Assembly: GCF_018350175.1 (NCBI RefSeq) | Contig: NC_058368.1 | Span: 19,904,001 to 19,968,000, forward strand | Source: Felis catus | Taxonomy: Eukaryota | Length of the DNA: 64,000 nt | Reading direction: 5' to 3' | Part shown: piece after piece, positions 1 through 12,359 of the stretch | Position numbering within the stretch: position 1 is the first letter of the stretch | Layout of the letters: the number at the start of each line of letters is the position of its first letter | Position numbers and translations under genes: made by a program | Notes under the pieces: generated by a model | The model's input: the letters and a program-made list of their open reading frames with translations, nothing else | Told to the model about the DNA's origin: nothing | The model's database searches: none

Positions 1-1886
1 CCCGTAAGAGCCAAAGTGAAGCGCAGCCTGCCAGGAGCACGACCAGGCATGACCGAGCATGACAAGCAAAACAGGAGTTCCAGCAGCAAGAGCTTTCGGC
101 GGCCGGCTCCAGGGAGGGACGCCCTCGCTCAGCCATCTCCAGTCCAGGCAGCTGCTCCACGGCAGAGCCACGAGGGACCCGGAGGTTACCAGGTGGGTTT
201 ACAGATCCCATCCACTCCCCAGCCCACCCCTCCCCTTCACCCAGATGCCACCTTAGCGAGGTCCGTGGAGGAAAAGGAAACCCAAGAATCAGAGCACTTG
301 ACATGGGTAAAAGTGAGCATCTACTTAAAGATTACTTAAAGTTGTTGCATCAGACTAATTTCACTGGATTAAGCCATATTTAAGCTGCTTCCCCCATCGA
401 CTTCCATACTGGGAAGGGGCTTGTGAGGAAGGTCAGCCCAAATGATTCAAAAATAAGGAATCATTCTCTCCGCCTGTGGGTCCCGTAGGTCACCACTGTT
501 TCTTCTCGCCCTTACTTCTGACTGCCCACAACACGAGGCAGAGCGAGGAAAACAGTCCCCAGTCCCACTGGAGGGACCTCAGTCCCATTACTTAATTGTG
601 GAAGAACACCTTCTGGAGTTCTTCTTTATTTGCCTGTTGGGAAAGGCAGAAGAAGGCCCAACACAGTTGAGAAAGAAAAGAAAGCCAAAGAAAGAAAATG
701 AGGCACGATTTTTTTCATACTTGGAGCTCTGCAGCTCACCCTTACGGTACATTTTTTAGAGAAGCAAAAGGCATCCCATAGTTTGTTCACTTCTCTAGCC
801 TTACCAGAGGTGGATAAGCCCCAGCAATCCTGTGACCGCTGCCTGACCAAAGGCTTGTGGCGCTGCTCACTCCCTCCTCAACGCACCCTCTTCCGGCGTT
901 CACAATGGCGACAGGCAGGGAGGCGGCACCCCAAGCCTCCATGCTTTGGCTCTGGCAAGCCTCCCATCTTCTACGACTGTGATGTTCTGTGTTCAGGGGA
1001 ATTCCAGCAACATTCTGTGAGAACGGGGATTGGTCACGGGCTGACGCCGTCTGCTAACAGTTGAAGGTTTGGGGCACGTCATGAGCCAGAGCAGCAGGCA
1101 CGTTCCCTTTATACAAGGTAAACAGGCTGCACGCACCCTACCACAGGAGACCCTTCACACGTCCACTGACGATTTCGAGATCCAATCATTAATTGTAAAT
1201 CACAAAGTTCTCCCGGTTAGAGACCAGCTGGTGCATCTGGACCGAGTCCGCTCATTAAACCCTCCATCCACCTCCACAGGCATTCATACAACTAACATTA
1301 GTGACACGCACTGTGGAATCCCACAGTGATACACAGGAGAACGAGATACAGTCCCTGCCCTCAAGAAGCTCAGAAGCTGGCAGCCGAGACGGATTTGCTA
1401 TTCAAGCAGCATCCTGTCAACTCCTAGTTTACCATCGCTATCACCAGTACTAGAGTCAGAGACCGGCCGTCCATTAGCCTAAAGCAAACTTCTAGTAACG
1501 AGGTAACACGTGTCCTAGCACATGCTAGCACACCGCATGCGGGAAAACGTCGACCATCTCTCCTGTACTCTCTTTACTGATGCTCTTAAGTGCTGTCAAA
1601 ACGCAGCACTACCCAGGTGACCCAAGGAGAGCAAGACAAACTTCTGTGAAACGTGTAGAGTGCTTATCGCTCGTACTTGAGAGGCAGCCCAAATTTTGGC
1701 AATAAGGTGTATTTCGACACCAGCCAAGGTCTGACCTCTTCAGAGGAGTTTGATTTCCACAGCCAGGCCAAGGCTGCTGAATGACTATAGGGCAGGTGAA
1801 ATTCACAGTAAATAGACAAGCACGAGCAGCTTCGTCTTTTCTAATCAAGCTTCTTTAAGTAGTGCAAAGACTTAAGAGCATTTTCT

Positions 1887-2113
1887 TTTTTTTTTTCTTT
1901 TTTTTTTTTTAACGTTTATTTATTTTTGAGACAGAGAGAGACAGAGCATGAACGGGGGAGGGGCAGAGAGAGAGAGAGACACAGAATCGGAAGCAGGTTC
2001 CAGGCTCTGAGCAGTCAGCACAGAGCCCGACACGGGGCTTGAACTCACGGACCGCGAGATCATGACCTGAGCCGAAGTCGGACGCCCAACCGACTGAGCC
2101 ACCCAGGTGCCCC
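1887..2113 (-). mobile_element. CanSINE (felid SINEC)
   Basis: Full length; target-site duplication (TSD) TTAAGAGC(A/G)TTTTCT. Confidence 0.95.
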
Positions 2114-2459
2114 TTAAGAGCGTTTTCTATCTACCAGCTAGAGAAGTAAGAAAAATAAAACCAATACATCACACACGTTAGCTTGGAAATTTAAGGCCTG
2201 AAATATCAGCCTACTTCTCAAATAAATCAGGCTATGGACACATTTTTTGAAATTTCTGGAGATTCAACCCACCATTTTATTTAAAGTGACAGGAGAGATT
2301 TTTCTACTTCCCTCCCCCAAGATCCTGGGAGAAAGATTTGTCTGCCTTGCTCCATCCCAAAGAACTTATGGATGTGAAACGTCTGCTCATGTATGAGATG
2401 ACAGGATGGAAAAGAGCTGAGTCCTTCTGGGAAGTAAAAATAAAATCATCCGAGGGAAT

Positions 2460-2646
2460 GGGGCACCTGGGTGGCTCAGTTGGTTGAACTCATGGTTCCT
2501 GACTTCGAGCCCCGTGTAGGGCTCTGTGCTGACAGCTCGGAGCCTGGAGCCTGCTTTGGATTCTGTGTCTCCCTTTCTGCCTCTCCCCTACTCTCACTCT
2601 CTGTCTCTCTCAAAAAAAAAAGAATAAATGTTAAAAAAAATTTTTT
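2460..2646 (+). mobile_element. CanSINE with internal deletion
   Basis: GGGGCACCTGGGTGGCTCAG head, CT tract, A tail; degenerate TSD ending GAGGGAAT. Confidence 0.9.
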
Positions 2647-2879
2647 AAATGATTGAGGGAATTAAGGGGAAAGGAAAGAAAGATCAGAGGGAGGAAGAAG
2701 AGAGCAACTTTGCTCTATACTACATGACGGGTATCACAATAAAGAAAGAACTCTGCACTTGGACTTGGTGTGCACAGAGGACTGCCAAAAAGACTCCTTG
2801 CTGTTGATGGAACATACCTTTCGTGTCAGCCAAACCCAAACAAACATAGCTAAGAGTTACTGCTGTAAATACACCCGTT

Positions 2880-3092
2880 GTGGTGCCTGGGTGGCTCAGT
2901 CGGTTAAGCATCCGACTTCGGCTCAGGTCGTAATCTCACGGCACATGGGTTCGAGCCCCATGTCAGGCTCTATGCTGACAGCTTGGAGCCTGGAGCCTGC
3001 CTCAGATTCTGTGTCTCCCTCTCTGCCCCTCCCCTGCTCACACTCTTTCTCTCTCTCTCTCAAAAATAAATAAAAACGTCTAAAAAACATTT
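2880..3092 (+). mobile_element. CanSINE
   Basis: Full length; TSD AAATACACCC. Confidence 0.92.
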
Positions 3093-3599
3093 TAAAATAC
3101 ACCCCTGATAGCTACCATAAATAGGAATTTTTTATTAAATAGATTAAAACCTCATTATTTTGGTACGTTTTATAAAAATATACCAAAAGCCCTGCAGGAA
3201 TTTCCTTTCTAATAAACCCTTTCTTTACAGATATAGTTAGAATAAACAATTTGGGGTGAGGGGATTTTCAAAATACATAAGAAACATTTTTGTAAAATCT
3301 TACCTTAAAAAGAGCTACATACAGACAAATCTCTTCCACTTCTACAGGTATAATACAATGACGTGAACCCGACGAAAGCCTGCTGATTCAATAAATATGA
3401 AAATCATTTCATACAGATTTCTTAAGAAATTCATCTAGTTGAGCAGAAATTATTCTCACTGTAAAAATGAAAACGCTTGTAACACTGTTCACTATGTGCC
3501 AGGCACTGTTCAAGAAGCTCATCTCACAGTGCTCCGTTAAAGTGCTACGATATCCATTACGGTGCTTACAAATACTAGGGATTCTCCTCCTTCCAAGCA

Positions 3600-3727
3600 C
3601 ATGGTAGAATGACACCTTGACGCCTCCCAGCCTCCTTAAATTCAGGCACGACCATGGGGCTTGCTTTAACTAACAAAAGTATAAGTGGAAATGACGTGTG
3701 TCACTTCTGGGAAGAAGTCTTTTTTTT

Positions 3728-3766
<39 letters not shown>

Positions 3767-4090
3767 CAGCCAGCGTGGGGCTCCATTCCACAACCCTAGC
3801 ATCATAATCTGAGCTGAAGTCGAGTCAGACGCTCAACCGATGGAGCCACTCTGGCGCCCCAAGAAGTCTTTGAGAGCCAGTGCAGGCTCCGCCGAGCCCC
3901 TTTCCGCCACGGTGAGCGGCGATCCCCAAGTTGGTGCGGCCTCTCCTGGCCACCAGCTCTGTTAGCACAGCCCACACACGACTCTCAAGAGTTATGAACC
4001 AGGAGAGAGAAATAAACCTTGGTGATGTAAACCTCCAAAATGTGGAGGCTGTCTGTTATTACATTATAATCTAGCCTATCCTGACTCGGA
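3600..4090 (+). mobile_element. MLT1 (MaLR) LTR, MLT1J-like, interrupted by a SINE
   Basis: GAAATGACGTGTGTCACTTCTGGG ... GAGAAATAAACCTT ... CTAGCCTATCCTGAC hallmarks. Confidence 0.65.
3721..3860 (-). mobile_element. Short/deleted CanSINE with (GA)n
   Basis: Ends GGCGCCCC; TSD AAGAAGTCTTT. Confidence 0.85.
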
Positions 4091-4307
4091 CAAGTGGTCG
4101 AAAAAACAGCCTTTCTTTCCCAACCGTCGGGTCATTTGAACTGTTAATCTAGGTGGTTTTCTTCTTACACATTATTTGTCCCTCCATCCCTCCCAGAAAA
4201 CAAGTCATAAAAAGCATTATTTGCATTTTAGCATTTTTACAGAATCAGAAATTTATATATTCTTTTTTTAAATTCTGCTTTTAAAAAAGTTGTTAGCAAT
4301 TTTTTTT

Positions 4308-4507
4308 ATTTGTTAAAGTTTATTTATATTTTAGAGACAGAGTGCAAGCAGGGTTGGGATAGAGAGAGGGAGACCCAGAATCTGAAGCAGGCTCCAGGCT
4401 CTGAGCTGTCAGCACAGAGCCCGATGCGGGGCTCAAACTCAGGAACCGTGAGATCACGACCTGAGCTGAAGTCGGACACTTAACCAACTGAGCCACCCAG
4501 ATGCCCC
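4308..4507 (-). mobile_element. CanSINE (inner member of tandem pair)
   Basis: Full-length reverse-complement SINE. Confidence 0.92.
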
Positions 4508-4513
4508 TTAATT

Positions 4514-4721
4514 GTTTTTAATGTTTATTTACTTTTGAGAGAGAGAAAGAGAGAGTACAAGCAGAGGAGGGGCAGAGAGAGAGGGAGACACAGAGTCTGA
4601 AGCAGGCTCCAGGCTCTGAGGGGTCAGCACAGAGCCTGATGCGGGGCTCAAACTCATGAACCGTGAGATCGTGACCTGAGCTGAAGTCGCGATACAACCA
4701 ACTGAGCCACCCAGGCACTCC
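4514..4721 (-). mobile_element. CanSINE (outer member of tandem pair)
   Basis: Full length; the pair is bracketed by TTAGCAATTTTTT. Confidence 0.92.
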
Positions 4722-4760
4722 AGTCATTAGCAATTTTTTAAAAAAGCAATTCATCCTTGC

Positions 4761-4763
<3 letters not shown>

Positions 4764-4800
<37 letters not shown>
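4764..4800. repeat. (CA)n microsatellite
   Basis: About 18 CA units. Confidence 0.95.
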
Positions 4801-4802
<2 letters not shown>

Positions 4803-4899
4803 ATTTGCCCTTGCATAAGATTCAAATAATATCTATGTATAAAAAGTGAAAAATCATCACATCTCTTACCCCAATTCTTTCATATGCATAGATCCACTT

Positions 4900-5720
4900 T
4901 TTAAAAGGGAGAGATGTCACAAAAATAATATACATATTAGTTTGCAACTTGACAACTTAATAGTCCACAGACAGCTTTCCAGTTAACAATTGCATTGTGT
5001 AGCTATAACATAATTTATTTCACCACATCCCTACTGATGGACGTTTGGCTGATTAAACATTTTTATTTAATGGCAAGGCTACAATAAACATCCTTGTAAA
5101 ATCATACTAATATTTCTGTAAAATTTATCCCAAGAAATGCACCTGCTGAGTCAAAGGGTATGAACATTTTGCATTTTGACAGGTATTGCCAAACTGCCCT
5201 CCAAAATGATGGTACTGGGGCACCCAGCTGGCTCAGTTGGTAGAGCACGTGACTCTTGATCTCAGGGTCATGATTTCAAGCCCCATGCTGGACGTAGAGT
5301 CTACTTTAAAAAAAAAAAATGATGGTATCAATTCATACCAATAGTATATGAAAGTGCCTTTTCTCCCTAGGTCTTACAAAACTGGATATTATCAAGTTTT
5401 GGAAATATCTATCCAGCTGAGATTTTTTTAAATGATGCTTCAATGTTTAATTTGTATTGCTTTTAATTATTTTTTTCCAGCTTGTTTTCACTACCTGTAC
5501 ATTTTCCACAGAGAAATGTGTGCCTAGCCATGTTTTTTTAATAGGGTTATGTTTTTATTTATTTGTAGAGGCTTTTTTTATCTATTACAAATATTAAGAA
5601 CTTAAATCTATGTTGGAAATATTTTCTACAAGTCTTCATTTATGAATGCTAGGGTCCAACACATAGATTTTTTAAAATTAATGTTTAAATTTGTCAAAAT
5701 TTCCCATTATAATATCTGGG
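4900..5720 (-). mobile_element. Ancient L1M (L1ME-like) fragment
   Basis: GCTGAGTCAAAGGGTATGAACATTTT ... TATTGCCAAACTGCCCTCCAAAA typical of antisense old L1. Confidence 0.6.
5217..5315 (+). mobile_element. Short tRNA-Lys(CTT)-like SINE (no CT tract)
   Basis: GCTCAGTTGGTAGAGCACGTGACTCTTGATCTCAGGGTCATGATTTCAAGCCCCA plus A tail; TSD AAAATGATGGTA. Confidence 0.85.
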
Positions 5721-6019
5721 TTTCAAGAAAAAGTCCTTTAAATTCATTCCAAGCTTAATAGGTTGACTGTGAGAACATTTCCACAAAGAATATAATTAAG
5801 CCCGTTTTTTTGGCTCTTCAAATCCACCCTGAACTTACTTTATTCTTTAATATAAATGTGTATATGATGTGTCTCTCTGAATGCTAAGGATTAAATAAGA
5901 GAATGCCCCCAAAGCAACCAGCACAGCATCCAGTATGCAATTTTTCAATAAATATTCCTTTATTTTGTCCTCCCGAGTTCCCTGAGTTCAGAGACAACAG
6001 ATACACAATTCTTTCCAAA

Positions 6020-6450
6020 ATACATTCCATCAGAACTCCAGCTGTGTTCAGGGTGACCACACGCCCTGCCGAAACAACCATGTTTCCCAGCCTAGTGTAT
6101 GGCGAGGGGTGGTAGTATGACACAGTTCTGGTTAAGGAGATGTAAGCGGAAGTCACCGGACTGAGCTTCCAGGAAGCTCCTTGGAAGAGAACAGGAGCAG
6201 CCGGTTCTGCCTTTTGCCATCTGCCCTCCCCCTTCTTCCTGCCTGGAAGGCAGATGCAATGCTGGCTGGAGGGCAGCCATCTTGAGATTTCAAAGTGACA
6301 AGATCACTAAGGTCTTTGATGGTTTGGGCCGATCCTGGAATGCCCACCTCTGTACTTCTCATTAGAAGAGGAAAATAACCCCTTTACTCGTGTGAGACAT
6401 TAATGAGTCAGGTTTTCCATTAATTGCAGCAGAATATAATATCTAAACTA
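6020..6450 (+). mobile_element. MLT1 (K/L-like) LTR
   Basis: GATGTAAGCGGAAGTC, GCAGCCATCTTG and CCACCTCTG..CTTCTC..GAAAATAACCCC hallmarks. Confidence 0.6.
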
Positions 6451-6921
6451 TATGTCGTGGTTCACCCAACATCTCCGCACAGATTTTTAAATATTCTTTC
6501 CATTTTCGTGGCTTGAGATGGTCCCTTGAACAGAAGTTATGCTGGTTTGAAGGGCAAGTTCTCCATTCACAGACACATTAATTTAAAGAGGAGAAATCAA
6601 ATCATTAAGCACTTCAAATGGAAATCCAAGTGCCCCCTAAGGAGAAGTCAGTAATCAGCAACATATGGTGTCACCTGTGTTAATCCTGGCATTAAATCAC
6701 CCTTATCAGGACACCGCACAGATCATTTCAGTTGTGAAGTAAAATCTCCGGGATAAAAGATATTTTAAAGAAAAAAAAAATCACACCATTGGAGGGCTTT
6801 TTAATAATTACACAAGACGGAATGGGGTGTTGTGGTTTTTTTTGGGTTTTTTTTGTTTTTTTTTTTTTTTGCCGTTAATCAATTCCCAAGAATTCGGGCT
6901 TTTATTTTTATTTGTTTTCAA

Positions 6922-7126
6922 GATTTTTTTTTTAATGCTTATTTATTTTTGAAAGGGAGTGTGCAAGTGGGGAAAAGGCAGAGAGGGGAGACAGAAGATC
7001 TGCAGTGAGTTCCGTGCTGACAGGCTGACAGCAGCAAGCCCGATGTGGGGCTTGAACTCATGAACTGTGAGATCATGACCTGAGCCGAAGTCAGCTGCTC
7101 AACCAACAGAGCCACCCAGGTGCGCC
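6922..7126 (-). mobile_element. CanSINE
   Basis: Diverged reverse-complement SINE. Confidence 0.9.
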
Positions 7127-7594
7127 GGATCGCTTTTAGTTTTAAATGAAATTAAGAATTAAGAAAATATTCCAGTAGGTACCCAGTGAAAGCCCCACCA
7201 CTGGATTCCCCTGGATCAGGGACAAAAAGAACTTACTGAGGAAATTGTTTAAACACTCTGTTACCGGGAAGTACAGTCTCGAAATGCTGGTCCAATTTTA
7301 GCCCTCTCACTTCAGCTAGCCAGCCCCCCAAGCCTGAAGAAGGAGAAAAGGGGCCAAGGGAAGGCAGATTCCACCCCCAACAGCGGTCCTCTCCAGTACA
7401 GCAGTCACTTCAACTGGGCAAAGAAGAGGTGGGGGCCATAAACAGTAATCATCTCAGATGACTGGGCGCTAGGCTCAGTCATCTTTGCCACTTCCTCTTA
7501 TCAGCCACCATTGCTTCCACCAAGAATAACTATCTTCTAAAAAATGCCCAACCCTCCCCCAACAGGTATCTTTTTCATGACATTCAATATTTTT

Positions 7595-7812
7595 TTTTAA
7601 TTTTTTCTTTAATGTTTATTTATTTTAGAGAGAGAGAGACAGAGTGTGAGTGGGGAAGGAGCAGAGAGAGAGGGAGACACAGAATCTAAAGCAAGCTCCA
7701 GGCTCTGAGCTGTCAGCACATGGCCTGACACGGGGCTTGAACCCACGAACCGTGAAATCATGACCTAAGCCGAAGTCGGATGCCTAACTGGCTGAGCCAC
7801 CCAGGTGCCCCC
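7595..7812 (-). mobile_element. CanSINE
   Basis: TSD CATTCA(A/G)TATTTTT. Confidence 0.93.
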
Positions 7813-8282
7813 AGCATTCAGTATTTTTGATTAAATTCTTCAACTATGAATAAACTCCCTTACTCACTGTCCAGGACCACTGTCCTGGTCTGCCTCTGTA
7901 ATAAGAAGCAATGTACCACCTACTACTGTCTCTTCACAGTCTATTATAAGGGGGAGGAGGGAAGAAGATGAAAAGAAAAAGGGGTAGAATGTAGAGAGAA
8001 AGTCAACAAAGAATGGTAGTGCAAAGAAAATCATGTACACGATCAACCATAAGCTTTCATATTAGCAAATGTCAGCTTCTGAAGTCAGACATGTAGCCCC
8101 TTCTCCCATTCAGTTCAACTGGTTGGTCAGTTACCATCTTAATTCTTTTATAAGTGAGCCTTATCACTTCTCAACATTTAACAAATGTTTGAGATATACA
8201 TCCACAAACTTAGGCAGAGTTCAACAAACTTCTTGAAATGTATATTCAAAAAACAATTTTAAGAGTGACTTTAATTCTGAAA

Positions 8283-8473
8283 GGGGCACCTGGGTCAGTT
8301 AAGCATCCAGCTCTTGATTTCGGCTCAGGTCATGATCTCAAATTGAGCCCCACTGTCGGGCTCCACGCTGAGCAGGGAGTCTGCTTGGGATTCTGTCTGC
8401 CCCTCTCTCTCTGCCCCTCCCCCATGCAAGCACCGTCTCTCTCTCTCTCAAAATAGAATAAATATTTTAAAAA
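8283..8473 (+). mobile_element. Older CanSINE
   Basis: GGGGCACCTGGG head, CTGCTTGGGATTC older-type body, CT tract, A tail. Confidence 0.88.
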
Positions 8474-8811
8474 TTACCGTTAATCTGTAAAGTTTTCATT
8501 TATGTCAGCCAAGTTAACAAAAGTAGGTAACCAAAGAATTCCAAAGCCGTATTTGTTACAGGTAATTAATCACCAAATAATTAGGAGGAACTGTCTAGAA
8601 TATATTTCAAACACAAATAATTGGTAATCCAGTTCCCTCCCAAGAAGAGAGACAGGGATGTTTATAGAGAAACTACACTGGGGAACAAGTAAGGATCAGA
8701 ATACATGTTTTAATTCTCCTGACTTCAATAGTGAGTTCACCCTGTAGCGATGATAATTTTAGAGCTCCAAGTCTCAGTCTCCTTGCCTATAAAATGGCAA
8801 TAATGATACCA

Positions 8812-9305
8812 ATTGTTAGTAAGCATGCCTTCAATAGGAATAAGGAAAACTTATTCTCTGGTAACAAGAAGGCAGCACTACGGGAGCTGGAGAGCTGGTT
8901 CTTTCCGTCTTTTTCTCCCACTACAGAGCCAGCATCCAGCTTATTTTTAGGGTCCCTTTTTTCCTTATTGTCACAAGACTGTTGTAGCAGCTCCAGGTGA
9001 TCAAGTCCAGTCATGGCAAAAAGCAGCAGAAAAACAGGGGTTGTCTCTTTCTTGCGCACCCCTTTCAAAAAGGAAGGGAACTTTTCCCACACACGCCCTT
9101 ACCTCTCATATCATTAGCCTGAACTGGGTCACATGCGTATTCCTAAACTGGTCCCTAGCAAAAGGAATGAACTTACTGTAACAGGCTTAGACTAACTGGG
9201 ATTTAGTCCTGAGTTATGTGACGTAGGGGTGGACACCTGAACAAAATTGGGGTTCAACCAGCCAGAAAAAATAGACAACTGGGCAGATAATCAGCAGAGT
9301 CAGGA
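8812..9305 (-). mobile_element. MLT1 LTR inserted into a MIR
   Basis: CATTAGCCTGAACTGGGTCACATG hallmark; MIR core halves at about 8760-8810 and 9310-9405. Confidence 0.55.
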
Positions 9306-10421
9306 ACCCCTTACTTCATAGTACTGTAGCAACATTCAAACGATAAAATGTGAAAAATCTGTAAAGTATAAAAAGCTTTACACAGATGTAGGAGATTATT
9401 ATTTACTCAAGAAGAATGTTGTGTACTGAGGCAACATAGTTCCCCGGATCTTTTTTTTTTTTGTTCTCCAAAATCTTTATGAAGAAATAGATTCACTGAA
9501 AATAAAGGATATCCTTTTAAAAAAAAATCTCAGCATAGCAAACTATAATGACCACCATTCAAACAATAATAATAAAATGTGAGGTTTTGAACTACTATGA
9601 ATATATGCGTTTTTCATATATATGCAGATTGGTAAATATCAAGCACCAGCAATGGGTTTTACAGGCAATACATACTTCCATCCTATATTCAACAAATATT
9701 TTCTGAGCATCTACTAGCACATATTATTCCAAATACTGGGGATACTGTAGAGAACAAGGTCAAATCCTGCCTTGTTGGTGCCTATATAACCACACTTAAC
9801 TGCATAACTACTTTTGAAGAGAAACATTCTTAATCACCAACATATGTTGAAGTCAAGTTATCAGAATACATGTGATTTTAAATTAATTATAATAAATTTG
9901 ATTTTGGTTAATTCTAATTTCCTACACCACCCCAAAATAAAATCATGAATCTGGAAAAAAAAAAATTGACAGGTGCCCACCAATAGGAGAAAGGATGTTG
10001 CTTTCTTCTCCCAATTCTGGATGAATGCCAAAAAGCAAAACCATGTTTCAGCTATCAGTTCTGAAAATGATATTTGCAAAGGGCTGAGCTAAAATAGCAT
10101 CAATGTCTATAGTCTAAAAACAATCAAATACACACAAAATACAAATAATCAGAGAATCCTGAGAACAATCTACATATTTTCCATGATGCCCATTAAAAGT
10201 AAATTTGACATTATACTTTATACGTTTTACACTGTACATTATACTTTGTTTTTGACATTATACAGGAATGTTATAAGTAAATGTTATATTCACACCAATC
10301 CTTACCAAGCAAGATAAATGACATTACTGGATGCAAAGAGGGCTTAGTTGCCTTATTTTTCATATCTGCAAAAATAGAGTTCTATGACACCAAGGAATCA
10401 CACAAATTAGAAATGGAAATA

Positions 10422-10597
10422 GGGGCACCTGGGTGGCTCAGTTACTTAAGCGTCTGACATGTGATTTTGGCTCAAGTCATGATCTCATGGTTCATGGAAT
10501 TGAGGCCCGGGATGGGCCCTGCACTGATAGCATGGAGCCTGCTTGGGATTCTCTCTCCCTCTTTCTCTCTCTCAAAAATAAATAAACTTAAAAAAAA
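10422..10597 (+). mobile_element. Older CanSINE
   Basis: Head, body and tail visible. Confidence 0.9.
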
Positions 10598-10604
10598 GAA
10601 ATGA

Positions 10605-10830
10605 GGGGCGCCTGGGTGGCTCAGTTGGTTAAGTGTCAGACTTCGGCTCAGGTCATGATCTCACGGTCCGTGAGTTCGAGCCCCACGTCCGGCTCTGTGC
10701 TGACAGCTCAGAGCCCGGAGCCTGTTTCAGATTCTGTGTCTCCCTCTCTCTCTGACCCTCCCCCGTTCATGCTCTGTCTCTGTCTCAAAAATAAATAAAC
10801 GTTAAAAAAAAGTGTTTAAAAAAAAAAAAA
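10605..10830 (+). mobile_element. CanSINE inserted at the tail of the preceding SINE
   Basis: Full length; flanked by AAAAAGAAATG on both sides. Confidence 0.95.
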
Positions 10831-11889
10831 AGAAATGGGAATGAAATTTGTGTTCTTAAGCAAATATTCATCACCTGTGTTCTAATTAAAAGAATTTTCT
10901 CCAGGAATTTCATACAATAAATATATACTACTTCCGCACATTTATTTGAGGGCAGGGGGCTATATTTCCCAAAGAAATAAGTGTTCAGCAGGGCTTTTTA
11001 AAGATCCACTTTACTTAACTCTTTAGAGATATTCACTCAAGGCTATACCAAATTTTCTCTTTTTATTGAGAAAGATACAGGATTTCCTATTTCTGTTTCC
11101 AAGTAGAGGGCACCATGAAAGCAATACTGTTAATCGAGCCACTCCCCCGTTCCCATTAGTATGTGCAACACACAAAGTAGCAACAACCAAATGACAAATT
11201 TATTACTCTTCCTTAAACTTTGCTTTTTTTCCTACTTCCCAACTCCCTGAAACTTTGTATCCGTACAAATTCCCAATGGAGAGAATCAGATACTTGGCTA
11301 TTAGGCTAAAGAAAGCCAGATATGTCTGGGGGCAACCTGGAAAACATGATACAACTTTGAATCCGACTCAGAGGACATTCACAGCTGCCACCTGCTTGAG
11401 GTAAGGGATGCTCCCTTTCTACCTGCGCATCTGCCGCCCCCACCTCACAAACTAGCCAAATCTTTCTTACAGGAGAAATATGTATTTGCCATTTTTGGTG
11501 CCACCCTCTGGGCTTGGGTGTAAGTCAAAAAAGACAAGAACTACATGTGCCTAGGATTCAATTCCATCTTTGACTAATCAGCTCTGATCAGAAAGGACTC
11601 CTTTGGGGAGTCTGCAAGAGAATACACTATGAACCAGACCTTCAGGGCTTGCTCTAAATCAACTTCCCTTAGAATCAATTTAGCTTTTAAAGATGAAGAT
11701 GGGGTTGCCTAACGCACCATATAATGGATGCATATACTTGACATCTGAGCACACTGAGGCAGTCTCTCTGAGTGAATTTCCAAGGTAACAGACAGATGTC
11801 TTTTCAAATACCATTTTTTTCGTTTCATCACTTTCGTGATATTCTTCCTATTTTCCTATGTTCTTAAACATAAACTAACATGGTTTCTT

Positions 11890-12095
11890 TTGCTTGTTTT
11901 TTTTTTAATGTTTTACTTATTTTTGAGAGATAGAGCATGAACAGAGACAGAGAGAGAGGGAGACAGACTCTGAGGCAGGCTCCAGGCTCTGAGCTGTCAG
12001 CACAGAGCCCGACACAGGGCTCAAACTCAGGAACTATGAGATCATGACCTGAGCCAAAGTTGGATGCTTAATCGGTTGAGCCACCCAGACACCCC
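11890..12095 (-). mobile_element. CanSINE
   Basis: TSD AC(A/G)TGGTTT. Confidence 0.92.
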
Positions 12096-12359
12096 ACGTG
12101 GTTTTTTTATGCCTTAATTATAGATATCCAGGACCTACAGTCTTACACAAAGGGTTTCTTGTTCTATCACTAAATGTCCCAAACTCTCACTTTATTTTTA
12201 GTTCAGATATCCACTTCCTGTAAGTTTTCTAAGGTCAACTATCAATTCTTGATTTATTATTACAAACATCCTAAGTAGCTCTTTTCACATTCTTAATATT
12301 TTGAGGACCAGCTGACCAAGTTTGTTAGAGTTCTGTCCAAACTATTAGCAGCAAATCAA

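Noticed and set aside
3299..3478. Possible minus-strand cryptic exon (TTTTCATTTTTACAG acceptor, AAG|GTAAGA donor)
   Set aside because: It does not encode WDFY2 exon 2, and such site pairs are frequent by chance in long introns.
5217..5315. Functional tRNA-Lys gene (also 19710 and 47102)
   Set aside because: Stems are mismatched, and the elements have A tails and TSDs, marking them as retroposed.
6628..6642. CTCF-like AGTGCCCCCTAAGG (and GTGCCACCCTCTGG near 11498)
   Set aside because: Both mismatch core positions and cannot be supported without PWM scoring or ChIP data.
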